A DNA stretch of 64,000 bases from an uncultured Chloroflexia bacterium (GTDB taxonomy: Bacteria > Chloroflexota > Limnocylindria > Limnocylindrales > CSP1-4): contig CAVUWY010000002.1 in assembly GCA_963745405.1 (NCBI GenBank), forward strand, positions 1,317,221 to 1,381,220, in the 5' to 3' direction. Positions 1-9,736 of the stretch are shown here, one piece after another (position 1 is the first letter of the stretch; every line of letters begins with the position of its first letter). Both the position numbers and the translations under genes were made by a program. The notes under the pieces are model-generated. The model did not search any database and had not been told where the DNA came from. It saw only the letters and a list, made by a program, of their open reading frames with translations.

Positions 1-78
1 GGCCGCCCTGACCCGGGAACTGATCCACGATCGAGGCGACTGACCGCTCGCGCCGCCGAGGCACGCTCCACAGGAGGC

Positions 79-170
79 ATGGCGCACCACCTGGCGAACG
101 CACGGTCGAAGGTCGGGGTGACGCTACCGCACGACTCGGGTGGACCCTCGCCGCCCGGCTGCCGGAGGCG
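79..170 (+). pseudogene. Possible remnant of a LuxR-type HTH gene
   Basis: Translates HHLANARSKVGVT, then WTLAARLPE in a shifted frame. Resembles the LuxR recognition helix region; no intact ORF. Confidence 0.3.
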
Positions 171-203
171 GAAGCTCGTGCCGATGAACATCGACTGACG
201 ACT

Positions 204-722
204 TCATGGCCGTCCCTCGCTCGCGCCCAGGGCGACGAGAAGCTCGTCCAGCTGTCCGAGCGCCTCGGTCATCCCGGACGTAGACCCGGATGCGATCGCA
301 CCATCGAGCGCCTCCCTCGAGGGATAGAGATCGTGCACGACCAGGAGCGTCGCGCCGCCCGTTTCCTCGAAGGTCACCGTGGTGATCGTCTCTCCCTCCC
401 CTTCGTCGTTGGTCCAGACCAGGCGCGAGTGCGGTGTCACCTCGAGGTATCGACCGAAGAACTCAAACGTCGAGCCCTCGTAACCGAATACCAGGCGGTA
501 CCTGCCGCCGACTCGAGGATCCGTTTCGCAGGACAGCAGCGAGATCGGGAACGACTTCGGCGACCACCACCGCTCGAGCAGGTCGGCCCTGGTCCACGCC
601 TCGAACACGAGGCGCGCCGGGCCGTTGACGGTCCTGGTGACGACCAGCTCCCGGTCGGACCTCCGTTCCACCGTCGCGGCGTTCTCCGTGACGGTGTGCT
701 CAGTCTCTCTCGTCGCGTCCAT
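204..722 (-). CDS. SRPBCC/AHSA1 (START-like) domain protein
   Basis: ELVVTRTVNGPARLVFEAWT...D.RVGGRYRL motif; ATG at 722 with GGAGA RBS, overlapping the ArsR gene. Confidence 0.88.
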   Translation of the reverse strand: MDATRETEHTVTENAATVERRSDRELVVTRTVNGPARLVFEAWTRADLLERWWSPKSFPISLLSCETDPRVGGRYRLVFGYEGSTFEFFGRYLEVTPHSRLVWTNDEGEGETITTVTFEETGGATLLVVHDLYPSREALDGAIASGSTSGMTEALGQLDELLVALGASEGRP

Positions 723-1065
723 CGATCTTCTCCTTCCGTTCCAGTTCCTCGACAACCGTGTCCAGCTCGTCGAATCGCGAGTCCCAGAGCTGGCGGTATC
801 GCTCGATCCAGGCCGTCTCGTCCTCGAGTCGGCGCGGGCCGAGCCGGCATGTCCGTACGCGCCCGACCTTCTCCGTCTTGACGAGCCCGGCCTGCTCGAG
901 GACTCCAACGTGCTTCCGCATGCCCGTGAGGGTCATGTCGAACGTTCGGGCCAGATCCGTGATCGAGGCGTCGGCCCGTCCGAGCCGCTCCAGAACGCCG
1001 CGTCGGGTGGCGTCCGAGAGCGCGGCGAAGGAGGCATCGAGTCGGCTGAGCGGATACTGAACCAT
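700..1065 (-). CDS. ArsR/SmtB family transcriptional regulator
   Basis: LDASFAALSDATRRGVLERL...KHVGVLEQAGLV.TEKVGRVR; typical ArsR-SRPBCC pair. Confidence 0.9.
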   Translation of the reverse strand: MVQYPLSRLDASFAALSDATRRGVLERLGRADASITDLARTFDMTLTGMRKHVGVLEQAGLVKTEKVGRVRTCRLGPRRLEDETAWIERYRQLWDSRFDELDTVVEELERKEKIDGRDERD

Positions 1066-1075
1066 ACGGTTCAGT
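1056..1075. promoter_or_regulatory. Putative ArsR operator
   Basis: Perfect 8-4-8 inverted repeat ACTGAACC-ATAC-GGTTCAGT overlapping the ArsR start codon. Confidence 0.65.
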
Positions 1076-1166
1076 GTGCTCCACCGTATCCCCGAATGCA
1101 AGGGGGCTCCACGAATCACGGTCGCGACCCGATCGGCGGCAGCCGGGCGGGGCGCCCACGTGATCG

Positions 1167-2117
1167 TCAGAGCTCACGCCGCCAGGGGTGAACGCGGTAC
1201 GCCTCTGTGAACCCGCAGCCTGCGTAGAGCGCGTTCGCCGCCTGTCCCTCGCCGGTGTCGAGCGACGCCGTCCGAGCACCCCGGGCAGCCACGCGGCGGA
1301 CGCCCTCGAGGACGAGAGTCCTGGCGAGACCGCGGCGACGATGGTCGGGATGCGTGCACACCGGCTCGACGATGCCGTGGCGGTTATCAGGATCGTAGGT
1401 GAAGCCCGCGTGCGCGGCGAACGAGCCATCAGGGGCGACCGCGACGAGGTTGAGCTCGTGCTCGAACGAGGGCGAGCGATCCATGAACGTGCGGTACTCG
1501 CCTGCCGTGTGGAGGGTGCCGTCGAAGGCGGCGTTGAGGAGTGCTGCCATGCGCTCGCAATCGCTCTCTGTCCCTTCGGTGCGGCGCAGGCGATACGCGC
1601 CCGCAAGCTCCGGCGGAACCTGGGCCGGCCGGTCATCGCGGCGCAGCCATCGGATCCACCCTCCGGCGTCCCCCATCACGTAGCCGCGCTCCGCGAGCAG
1701 CTGGCGCCGTCGCTCGTCGACGTCGTTCACGTGGAGCGTGAGGGACCGCTCCCGAGCGTTCCCGGATGCGGCGGCTAGGTGCTCTTCGGCCCAGGCGACC
1801 ATCGCCGGTTCCAGGTGGTGGAAGGCCGGGTCCAACTCCAGGTAGGCCTCGCCCGGCGACTCCGGATGGACCGCCCCGCGGAGTCGGCCGTCCGGCGTCT
1901 CCCACAGACCGACGACACGAGCGAGCCGTTCCTGGCTCACGGGCTCCTTCGCATGGAATTGCCAGCCGTCCCAGCGGCGGATGTCCCAGTTCCAACCGGG
2001 GTGGACTGTCGCATGGGTGGCGACCAGCAGCGCGCGGACGCGCCACCAGTCGCGTTCGTCACGAAGCGGTCTGGCCTCCGGCGCCGCGTCGGCCATCTGC
2101 GTTGTGCTCATCATCAC
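1167..2117 (-). CDS. GNAT family N-acetyltransferase (tandem GNAT)
   Basis: VEPVCTHPDHRRRGLA acetyl-CoA motif and ANALYAGCGF. Confidence 0.85.
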   Translation of the reverse strand: MMMSTTQMADAAPEARPLRDERDWWRVRALLVATHATVHPGWNWDIRRWDGWQFHAKEPVSQERLARVVGLWETPDGRLRGAVHPESPGEAYLELDPAFHHLEPAMVAWAEEHLAAASGNARERSLTLHVNDVDERRRQLLAERGYVMGDAGGWIRWLRRDDRPAQVPPELAGAYRLRRTEGTESDCERMAALLNAAFDGTLHTAGEYRTFMDRSPSFEHELNLVAVAPDGSFAAHAGFTYDPDNRHGIVEPVCTHPDHRRRGLARTLVLEGVRRVAARGARTASLDTGEGQAANALYAGCGFTEAYRVHPWRREL

Positions 2118-2126
2118 GGTCCGGCC

Positions 2127-2570
2127 TCATGCGTGGATCGCATCCAGCGTGATCCGCCGCGCGCGGATGCGAACGATCACCCGCGATTCCCGCGCCTGCT
2201 GCTCGGCCGGATACACGAAGCCGTAGTAGCGCGTATGACGCGTGTACTTCCGCGTGAGCATGTCCAGATGTTCGCGCGCGCCGTCGGTGACGAGCTCCGC
2301 GTCGCCCCGGACCTGAATGAACCGACCCGTGTCGTCGGGGTCGACGACAAGCAGGCTGACCTTGGGATCGGCCTGCAGGTTGCGGCCCTTCCGACGTTCG
2401 AGGGTCGTGTTGATCCGGGCGCATTCGCCGTCGATGTCGACCCACACCAGGCTCGACTCGGGCCTGCCGTCCGGTCCCATGGTCGTGAAGACCCCGCAGA
2501 TCGGTCGGGTGAGCAGATCGAGGTGCGAGGCGGGGATCGGGAGCATCCCGGGCTCGGCCGATATGGTCAT
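2127..2570 (-). CDS. PPOX-class F420-dependent oxidoreductase
   Basis: TTMGPDGRPESSLVWVD...RKGRNLQADPKVSLLV; ATGA overlap with the upstream paralogue. Confidence 0.85.
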   Translation of the reverse strand: MTISAEPGMLPIPASHLDLLTRPICGVFTTMGPDGRPESSLVWVDIDGECARINTTLERRKGRNLQADPKVSLLVVDPDDTGRFIQVRGDAELVTDGAREHLDMLTRKYTRHTRYYGFVYPAEQQARESRVIVRIRARRITLDAIHA

Positions 2571-3040
2571 CGGCCACTCTCGCATGGGGTGGCGTCGAGC
2601 GCCACGACGTGATCAGGCCGGATCCGGCACAGGACGGGGACCTCGGTCTCGGCGAAATGAGCCGGGATCGCATCGCCGAAGTAGCGGATCGGCCGGCCCG
2701 CGTACTTCGAGGCGAGCGCGTCGAGATGCGCCGCGGCGCTGTCCTCGGTCATCTCGATGACCGTGCCGCGCACCTCGAGGTAGCGCAGCGGTCGGCGCGG
2801 GTCATAGCAGAGGAGCGTGACCCTCGGGTCGCGACGCATGTTCCGTTCCTTGGCGAATCCGCGCATCGTGTTGACGCGCACGCACTCCCCGTCGAAGTCG
2901 CACCACACGACGGATGTCTGGGGATAGCCGTCGGCCATGATCGTGGTCAGGGCGGCCACTGTCGGGCACTCGGCGAGGTCCAGGTGTGAGGCCGGGATCT
3001 CGTCGCGGCGATGGCCTGTGAGCAACCCGATCGTCGCCAT
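2567..3040 (-). CDS. PPOX-class F420-dependent oxidoreductase
   Basis: TTIMADGYPQTSVVWCD...KERNMRRDPRVTLL; GAGGGAGG RBS before ATG 3040. Confidence 0.85.
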   Translation of the reverse strand: MATIGLLTGHRRDEIPASHLDLAECPTVAALTTIMADGYPQTSVVWCDFDGECVRVNTMRGFAKERNMRRDPRVTLLCYDPRRPLRYLEVRGTVIEMTEDSAAAHLDALASKYAGRPIRYFGDAIPAHFAETEVPVLCRIRPDHVVALDATPCESGR

Positions 3041-3494
3041 CGTCGTACCTCCCTCGGCCGTCCTCGGACTCACGCGGAGAGCTGGGAGCGGGGCCGCGGC
3101 TTCTTCGGACCAGCATCCCAGGATGGCGGGCCATTCCTGCCGCTTCGGACACTGTCCTCCCAAGATCATGCGACCCTCGCCCCACGTGCCTAGTGCCGTC
3201 GGGCACGAGCGACCTCAGCCAAGTGTCGGATCGTCGGCCGTGCCTTCCGGCATGCCGGTCGGAGGTCGGGCAACCGGCGCTTCGGCACTTGCCGGCCTCC
3301 GCTTCGCGGTCCTGAATCAGGGATCCACAGATCGATCGCGACGCGGTAGCCAGGAACGTCCGCGCCCACGCCAAGATCGAAAGGCAAGGGGAACGGACAC
3401 AGAAGGTTCCAGGTTCGGCGTGTCGCTGATGGACATGGCCAAACCGGAGCGCGAGCCGGGTCGGTGCCGTCGTGTAGGCGAGAGGAGACCCACC

Positions 3495-4001
3495 ATGAAG
3501 CTGCTGATCGCCGTGTCATCGAAGCACGGCAGCACGAGAGAGATCGCCTGGGCGATCGGCGAGACCGTCCGCGAGGCGGGAATCGACGTCGACGTGGTCG
3601 ATGCCCAGGACGTCGAGTCCGTCGATCAGTACGACGCCGTCGTCGTCGGGAGCGCGGTCCACTGGGGCCGCTGGATGGGGCCCGCTCGCGACCTGGTCAA
3701 CGGCTCCGCTGATGGGCTGCGCACGCGCCCCGTGTGGCTGTTCTCGAGCGGGCCGCTGGGGCGCGACATCGTCGATCCCGCCGACGGCGCCGAGGGGGAC
3801 AAGCTCCTCGGTCTCGTCGGGGCGAAGGAGCACCGTGTCTTTCCCGGCAAGGCAGACAAGCAGGAGCTCGGCTTCGTCGAGAAGCGGATCGTTTCGATGG
3901 TCAAGTCGCCGTGGGGCGACCATCGCGACTGGCCGGCCATCCGTGCGTGGGCCGCGTCGATCGCCAGGGAGCTGACGCCTGTCTCGGCCGGTGCGCGCTG
4001 A
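3495..4001 (+). CDS. Flavodoxin-domain protein (HemG-like)
   Basis: SSKHGSTREIA, DAVVVGSAVH, WLFSSGP and GDHRDW motifs; AGGAG RBS. Confidence 0.85.
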   Translation: MKLLIAVSSKHGSTREIAWAIGETVREAGIDVDVVDAQDVESVDQYDAVVVGSAVHWGRWMGPARDLVNGSADGLRTRPVWLFSSGPLGRDIVDPADGAEGDKLLGLVGAKEHRVFPGKADKQELGFVEKRIVSMVKSPWGDHRDWPAIRAWAASIARELTPVSAGAR

Positions 4002-4102
4002 CGCCGGGCGGACGACGATCCGCGGTTGTCCGAGCCCGAGGGCGTAGCGGAGGGCTCATAGTGTGGTGACCGCCTATCGCAGCCGCTTCGAGGAGATCGC
4101 CG

Positions 4103-4744
4103 ATGGCCGTACGGGTCGACCTGAACATCTCCTTGGACGGCTTCGCGACGACGACCGACCAGACGCCCGAAGACCCGTTCGGGCCCGACTGGGCGCGCCT
4201 GGTCGAGGCCTACGTCGCGACCCGCACGTTCCGGGCCCGAGTGCTGCACGACACGTCCGGCGAGGGAACGACCGGCGTCGACGACGAGTACGCGCAGGCG
4301 TATTTCGCCGAGGTCGGCGCGGAGATCATGGGCGCCGGCATGTTCGGGCTCCACGCGGCTGGGGACGATCCGGATTGGCGCGGCTGGTGGGGCGACGAGC
4401 CTCCGTTCCACGTCCCGGTGTTCGTCCTCACCCACGGGCCGCGCCCGGTGCTCGAGATGGCCGGCGGCACGACCTTCCACTTCCTGGCCGCGACGCCCCG
4501 TGAGGCGCTCGACCTCGCGCTCGCGGCCGCAGGCGGCAAGGACGTGCGGATCGGCGGCGGCCCGACCGTGGTCCGCGAGTTCCTCAAGGCAGGACTCGTC
4601 GACCGGCTCCACGTCGCCATCGCCCCGATCCTGCTCGGCCGCGGCATCCGCCTGTGGGACGATCTCCGCGGGTTCGAGGCCGGCTACACCGTGACCTCGG
4701 AAGTCGCCCCGAGCGGGATCACGCACCTGACCTTCTCGCGCTGA
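4103..4744 (+). CDS. Dihydrofolate reductase/RibD C-terminal family protein
   Basis: ISLDGF, IGGGPTV, GLVDRLHVAIAPILLGRG motifs. Confidence 0.88.
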   Translation: MAVRVDLNISLDGFATTTDQTPEDPFGPDWARLVEAYVATRTFRARVLHDTSGEGTTGVDDEYAQAYFAEVGAEIMGAGMFGLHAAGDDPDWRGWWGDEPPFHVPVFVLTHGPRPVLEMAGGTTFHFLAATPREALDLALAAAGGKDVRIGGGPTVVREFLKAGLVDRLHVAIAPILLGRGIRLWDDLRGFEAGYTVTSEVAPSGITHLTFSR

Positions 4745-4828
4745 CCGTCAGGGTCGTCCGGGTCGGGCCGGGGTCCTGGGTGCCTGGCTGACCGCGACGG
4801 CCAGTGCGCCCGGACGGCGACCGATCGG

Positions 4829-5092
4829 CTATGCGAAAGCGACGAGCAGGACGACGGCGATCAGGGTCCCCACGACGCCCGTCACGGCGGCGGCCCGAGG
4901 GCCGAAGCGAACCTTGGCGATCGCGACGAAGACGGTGACGACGACGGCGGCGGCGAGGCGAGCGGCGATCGGGGAGGGCACGTAGGACGGCGAGCTGCGG
5001 TTGACGATGAGCCCGACCGCCACGATCGCGGCGATGAGGACGACGGAGACGAGCCAGAGTCTCCAGTTCTCAGGACTCTTGATCCATGCCAT
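4829..5092 (-). CDS. Small membrane protein (3 TM)
   Basis: 87 aa with three hydrophobic segments. Confidence 0.6.
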   Translation of the reverse strand: MAWIKSPENWRLWLVSVVLIAAIVAVGLIVNRSSPSYVPSPIAARLAAAVVVTVFVAIAKVRFGPRAAAVTGVVGTLIAVVLLVAFA

Positions 5093-5209
5093 GGGAGCAC
5101 CACCCTTCAGCGGCGGATCCGCGAGATCGGGGGGATCCGGGCGTAGCCGGTCACCGCGATGGCGATCAGGACCCCCGCCACGCCGGTCACGGCCGCGGCG
5201 AGCTCCGAT

Positions 5210-5614
5210 TCAGGCAGTCACGACTGTGAGGCCGAGCGCGCGCGCCGCCTGCGCCTGGCGCAGGTCGAACGTCAGGAAGCCGACCCCGGGCGCGGAGACG
5301 CGCTGCGCGGCCGCCAGGTGGAGGGCGTCGAGCGTGCGCACGCCGGTCGCCTCCGCGATCGAGGCCGCCGACTCGCACGTTGCCTCGTCGAGCTCGATGA
5401 TCGAGAAGGAGCGTAGATCGTTCGCGAAGGCGGCCCGCGCGGCGACGAGATCGCGTCCGGAGAGCAGGCGGGCGAGGTTGCGGCGGACTTCGACGATCAT
5501 GTGGCGGCCCGTCAGGAGCGCGTCATCGGCCCGCAGCAACGCGTCCGCGGCGGCCGAGTCGGCCTCCTCGACGTAGCGCTTGAGCACCACGCTCGAGTCG
5601 ACATAGGTGCTCAC
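5210..5614 (-). CDS. vapC: VapC PIN-domain toxin
   Basis: YVDSS...E...RTLDALHLAAA...TFD PIN acidic residues. Confidence 0.9.
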   Translation of the reverse strand: MSTYVDSSVVLKRYVEEADSAAADALLRADDALLTGRHMIVEVRRNLARLLSGRDLVAARAAFANDLRSFSIIELDEATCESAASIAEATGVRTLDALHLAAAQRVSAPGVGFLTFDLRQAQAARALGLTVVTA

Positions 5615-5871
5615 TCGCCGCGGTCCTCGGCCAGCACCTCAAGGACCCGCCTTGACGCCTTCGATCGGTGTGCCGGCCCGAGCGGCGAGCCCGTGCCCGG
5701 CGTGATCCAGCCGGCGCGGATCCCGTCCTCGATGCGTGCTCGGCCCGGTACCGGGCCGAGCACGGCCTTCGGCCGGCCGCGGTCTGTGACCCGCAGGATC
5801 TCTCCCCGCTCCGCCCGATCCAGGTACTCGGACAGGCGTTGCTTCAGCTCTCGGATCCCGACGTCAGCCAT
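5611..5871 (-). CDS. Phd/YefM family antitoxin
   Basis: VGIRELKQRLSEYLDRAERGE.LRVTDRGRPKA; coupled to vapC. Confidence 0.9.
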   Translation of the reverse strand: MADVGIRELKQRLSEYLDRAERGEILRVTDRGRPKAVLGPVPGRARIEDGIRAGWITPGTGSPLGPAHRSKASRRVLEVLAEDRGE

Positions 5872-5904
5872 GTGGACACGTTACCACAGTGATGTGTCCA
5901 CATG
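5869..5904. promoter_or_regulatory. TA operon operator/promoter
   Basis: 11-bp perfect inverted repeat CATGTGGACAC-N14-GTGTCCACATG around a TAACGT -10 (minus strand) 6 nt before the ATG. Confidence 0.65.
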
Positions 5905-6087
5905 AGTTGCACAGCGATCTGTCGCCTGGAGTGAGGGTGGGCGAGCACCCCGCGACCAGACGGCGGCACTGTCACGGCTCATCCTCGGGATGGCGGCGGT
6001 CTCTCCGTCGCTGTCATCATCCCCTCCGCCGGCGCCTCGGCTGAGGATCGCGGCACTCAGGTGCGCGAACGACGGGCTGTCCCACAC

Positions 6088-6264
6088 CTACTGCGGGACG
6101 GCGATCGCGTACGTGAGTAGCAGCACTCCGAGCACCAGCAACACGATCCCTGCGATGAGCCCGGTCCGCCGCGACAGGCCGAGGTTCGGTCCTCTCGTGA
6201 GCGTGATGACGATGGCCAGGATCCCGGTGACCGTGAGGATGATGCCGGGGAGCCGCAGGTCCAC
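6088..6264 (-). CDS. Small 2-TM membrane protein
   Basis: GAGGAGG RBS before GTG; two hydrophobic helices. Confidence 0.5.
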   Translation of the reverse strand: MDLRLPGIILTVTGILAIVITLTRGPNLGLSRRTGLIAGIVLLVLGVLLLTYAIAVPQ

Positions 6265-6465
6265 GTCCGGTCCCTCCTCGATGGCCGATGTGATCTGCCC
6301 GGACTCGGGTCGACCCACGAGCCGATCGGCTGCACCCAACTCTAGGTGAGTTTCCCAAACACGCTGTCGACGGGCTGAGGGCCTCCGCGGCTGCCGGAGC
6401 CCGAGGACTAGGCTCGGACAGGCCCTTCAGGGTGGCGCTCCCGAGCGGTGGCGCTCCGCACAAAG

Positions 6466-6479
6466 AGAACAGGTGTTCT
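6466..6479. promoter_or_regulatory. Possible LexA (Gram-positive type) SOS box
   Basis: AGAAC-AGGT-GTTCT matches GAAC-N4-GTTC. Confidence 0.35.
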
Positions 6480-6481
6480 GG

Positions 6482-6569
6482 AGACCGACAGATGTTGGGC
6501 GCGAGTTAGCAACCTATCCCGATCGAGGGGCGCGACGAGTGGCTGGCCGCGGCGAGGCGGCTGGCGTCG
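6482..6569 (+). pseudogene. Distal att-like junction with recombinase-like tail remnant
   Basis: CCGACAGATGTTGGGCGCG resembles the 13.2-kb junction CCGACAGGTGTTGGACACGCG; reads RPTDVGRELATY/PIEGRDEWLAAARRLA with a frameshift. Confidence 0.4.
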
Positions 6570-6570
6570 C

Positions 6571-6933
6571 TCAACCGGTTTGGGCGACCCACGCGATCGC
6601 TGCGTCCCGCTCGGCAAGTCCGAAGTGCTTGAACTTGCCCGGGACCATCCAGCCGAAAGCCGTCGACAGGTGCGAGACCCAACCGAGATCGCTGACGACA
6701 GCCGTCCGCTTCCAGGCTCTGGCGTGGGATACGAGGCCGGCGTCTTCCTTCATCGCTCCGGGCGAATAGCCCGTGAATCGGTCGCCGAGCACGAGGACGA
6801 GCCGTACTCCTGCACCCGCCGCGCCACGGCCGATCGCCGGCATCAGAACCTCCTCGTAGTCGGAGGCCTCAACCTCTCCCACAGCCTCGAATCCGATGAC
6901 TCCCTCGGGAAGACCAGCGATGGGCTCGAACAC
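6571..6933 (-). CDS. SpoIIAA-like (STAS/SEC14) protein
   Basis: VIGFEAVGEV...DY...R.AVVSD..W...AIAWV; AAGGGAG RBS before GTG. Confidence 0.85.
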   Translation of the reverse strand: MFEPIAGLPEGVIGFEAVGEVEASDYEEVLMPAIGRGAAGAGVRLVLVLGDRFTGYSPGAMKEDAGLVSHARAWKRTAVVSDLGWVSHLSTAFGWMVPGKFKHFGLAERDAAIAWVAQTG

Positions 6934-7016
6934 GGTGCGCTCCCTTCTTGTCGGCCGGGACCAAGCAGCGATCTGGATCCGCGACGCCTCGACGCGGAAC
7001 CCGTGGCCAGGCGTGC

Positions 7017-9104
7017 TCATGCGTCGGAAGTCTCCACGGCCGTGACCAGAACGTCGCCGAACTCCGGTGTCGATCCGTCCTCGTGTGCATCGAGGAGGTC
7101 GTCGACCTGCGTCCGGGCCGCGGGCGTCGCGAAGATGGAGACGTTGTCACCGGCCAGCAGCCGGAGGTCTCCGCGGGGTACGACGAGCGCTCCGTCCCGC
7201 TCGATCGCGACGAGGACTGCCTCTCGAGGCCACGTCACCTCCGAGACGAGCCGCCCGGCCAGCGGCGAACCACCGGCGATCTGCGTCTCGATGATCACGC
7301 CACCGGCCCGGAGCCCGCGCACCTGGCGGATGTTGCCGTTGAGGGCCGTGCGATAGGCGGTCATGGCGTCCCGCACCGACAGGATGCCGACGAGCCGTCC
7401 GCCCGACACGACCGGCGCCCACTCTCGGTGGTGGTCGGCGAGCGACCCCAGGGCATCGTCGAGGCCGTCGTCTGCGGCCAGGATCGGCTCACGGACGATC
7501 GTCGAACTGCCTACCTGCTCCTGACCCGGCAGCAGTTGGAGCGAGGCAAGGTCGATCACTCCCTGGACCGTGCCATCCGCGCCCACGACCGGCGCACCCG
7601 GAACGCCGGCCACCTCCATCCGGGCCAGGGCCGCGGCCACCGTGTCGTCCGCTCGCACGACCACCCGCGCCTGACGGACCGCGTCGCCGACCGGCACCGC
7701 CGCGAGCAGGGGCATCGCAAAGCGGAACCGGTGGGCGGGCGAGTCAGCCCGCGTCGCAAGCTGGCTGCGGTAGATCGACTTGGACCCGACAACGAACGTC
7801 GCCAGGCCGACCGCGACCATCGCCGGCGCGAGCATCGAGAGGTTGCCGGTCATCTCGGCGACCATGAGCATGACCGCCAGGGGGGCGTGGGCGACGCTCC
7901 CGAACAGGGCCATCATCGCCACGATGACGAAGGGCGCGGGGTCGACCGGGATCGCCGGGGCGATCGGCTCGAGCAGCCGCCAGATGCCGGCGCCGAGCAT
8001 GCCGCCGATGAACATGCCCGGCCCGAAGATCCCGCCCGAACCGCCGGAGCCGATCGAGAGCGAGGTCGCGAGGATCTTCGCGAACGGAAGGACGAGGACC
8101 ATCCAGAGCGGGAGGGCGAGTAGGGTCTGCCGGTCGAGTCCCGCCTGGACGAAGCCGTAACCGGTGCCGAGGACGCCCGGGATGACGAGGCCGATGCAGC
8201 CGACCAGGAACCCCCCGATCGCGGGTTTGAGCCAGCGCGGCGGCGCCCAGCGGTGGAACCAGGCGCTGAGGCCGTAGAAGTTGCGGATATAGAGGAGGCC
8301 GACCAGGCCGCAGGCGAGCCCGATCAGGGCATACCAGGCGAGCTGTGCGGGGTTGCTGAAGGCGAATGAGGCCTGGGCCCCGAAGATGGGAGTGAACCCC
8401 TCTACGGTACCGAAGATCGAGTAGGCGACGATCGTGGCGATGAACGACGGGACGAGCGCGTCCGACTCGACATCGTCGCGGTAGAGGAGCTCGGCCCCGA
8501 GCACGGCGCCGCCAAGCGGCGCGCGGAAGATCGCCCCGATACCGGCGGCCATGCCCACCGCGACCGCGATCCGCGCATCGCGTGCGTCGAGGTCGAGCGT
8601 TCGGCCGAGGAACGACCCGAACCCCGCGCTGATCTGGGCGGTCGGCCCCTCTCGGCCGCCCGATCCGCCCGATCCGATCGTGATCGCGGAGGCGACCAGC
8701 TTCACGAGCGGGATGCGCCCCCGGATGCCGCGCGGGTTGTGGTGGTAGGCGGCGATCGCGGCGTCGGTGCCGTGGCCTTCGGCCTCCGGGGCGAAGCGGT
8801 AGACGATGATCCCCGAGATCAGGCCGCCCAGGGCGACTACGAGGGGGAGCGCCCAGGCCCGGGCAAAGCCCGTGATCGGGGCGCCGCCTTCGCCGGCGGG
8901 CGACGGGGGAGTGTAGCCGCCCAGGAAGCCGAGGAAGAAGTGGGTCGCCAGCTCGAGGGCGGTGTAGAACGCGATCGCCCCGATTCCGCCGACGAGGCCG
9001 ATGAGCGCACCGAGGACGACCCACTTGCGGAGGTAGTTCGCTCCCCGCAGGCGGCGCCTGATCGAACGAAGGCCGGCGTCGAGCTGTGGGGCGAGCGGTG
9101 TCAC
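7017..9104 (-). CDS. ClC chloride channel/transporter with CBS and TrkA-C domains
   Basis: GHGTDA, GREGPT and GGIFGP ClC motifs; CBS pair; C-terminal VVPRGD...GD RCK-C; GTGA overlap with marR. Confidence 0.9.
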   Translation of the reverse strand: MTPLAPQLDAGLRSIRRRLRGANYLRKWVVLGALIGLVGGIGAIAFYTALELATHFFLGFLGGYTPPSPAGEGGAPITGFARAWALPLVVALGGLISGIIVYRFAPEAEGHGTDAAIAAYHHNPRGIRGRIPLVKLVASAITIGSGGSGGREGPTAQISAGFGSFLGRTLDLDARDARIAVAVGMAAGIGAIFRAPLGGAVLGAELLYRDDVESDALVPSFIATIVAYSIFGTVEGFTPIFGAQASFAFSNPAQLAWYALIGLACGLVGLLYIRNFYGLSAWFHRWAPPRWLKPAIGGFLVGCIGLVIPGVLGTGYGFVQAGLDRQTLLALPLWMVLVLPFAKILATSLSIGSGGSGGIFGPGMFIGGMLGAGIWRLLEPIAPAIPVDPAPFVIVAMMALFGSVAHAPLAVMLMVAEMTGNLSMLAPAMVAVGLATFVVGSKSIYRSQLATRADSPAHRFRFAMPLLAAVPVGDAVRQARVVVRADDTVAAALARMEVAGVPGAPVVGADGTVQGVIDLASLQLLPGQEQVGSSTIVREPILAADDGLDDALGSLADHHREWAPVVSGGRLVGILSVRDAMTAYRTALNGNIRQVRGLRAGGVIIETQIAGGSPLAGRLVSEVTWPREAVLVAIERDGALVVPRGDLRLLAGDNVSIFATPAARTQVDDLLDAHEDGSTPEFGDVLVTAVETSDA

Positions 9105-9580
9105 GCGAACTGCTCGAGCCCGGCGGCGATCGCGCGGAGCCCGTCCTTGATGCGCAGTTGCTCGGAGCGGGGCAGCTCCGAGGCGATCTGGCGCAGGGCT
9201 GCGCGCCGATGGGCAAGGATCGTCTCGCGGACCGTCCGGCCGCGGCCGGTCAGCCGGGCTCGCGTGGCGCGCCGGTCCAGCTCGTCGACGGATAGGGCCG
9301 TCAGCCCGCGCCGTTCGAGTCGGCGAAGCAGGCGGCCCGTCGCCGGCAGCGTGACGCCGACCCGCGCCGCGACCTCGCCGATCCGCGCACCGTCCGACTC
9401 CTCGCCCAGCACGAGCAAGGCACGCCACTGCGGAAACGTCAGCTCGAAGCCCGTGTCCGCCAGCGCCAAGGCGCGGGTCGTGAGCCCCACCGCGCCAACG
9501 GCGATCCGCTCAAGGTCGTCGGCGAGCGCGTCGACGCCCGAGCGGGCCACGACCGTTCGCGTTCGTTCTTCGATGGTCAC
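9101..9580 (-). CDS. MarR family regulator
   Basis: LTFPQWRAL...RLERRGL...DRRAT...LTGRGR. Confidence 0.88.
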   Translation of the reverse strand: MTIEERTRTVVARSGVDALADDLERIAVGAVGLTTRALALADTGFELTFPQWRALLVLGEESDGARIGEVAARVGVTLPATGRLLRRLERRGLTALSVDELDRRATRARLTGRGRTVRETILAHRRAALRQIASELPRSEQLRIKDGLRAIAAGLEQFA

Positions 9581-9736
9581 GGGAATGGATGGTACACGAT
9601 TAGATGCCAGGTGGCTATCATTGTCAGCACGCCCGAGAGGCTCGACGCCACGGGCCTATGGACTGGCGCCCACCAGCTACTGCACAGCGCGACACCGAAG
9701 GCGCGTTTCGCGCCCCGAACGAAGGAGTAATACCCG

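Noticed and set aside
3041-3494. Riboswitch in the long divergent intergenic region
   Set aside because: Hairpins with TTCG loops exist, but I could not match any known aptamer consensus.
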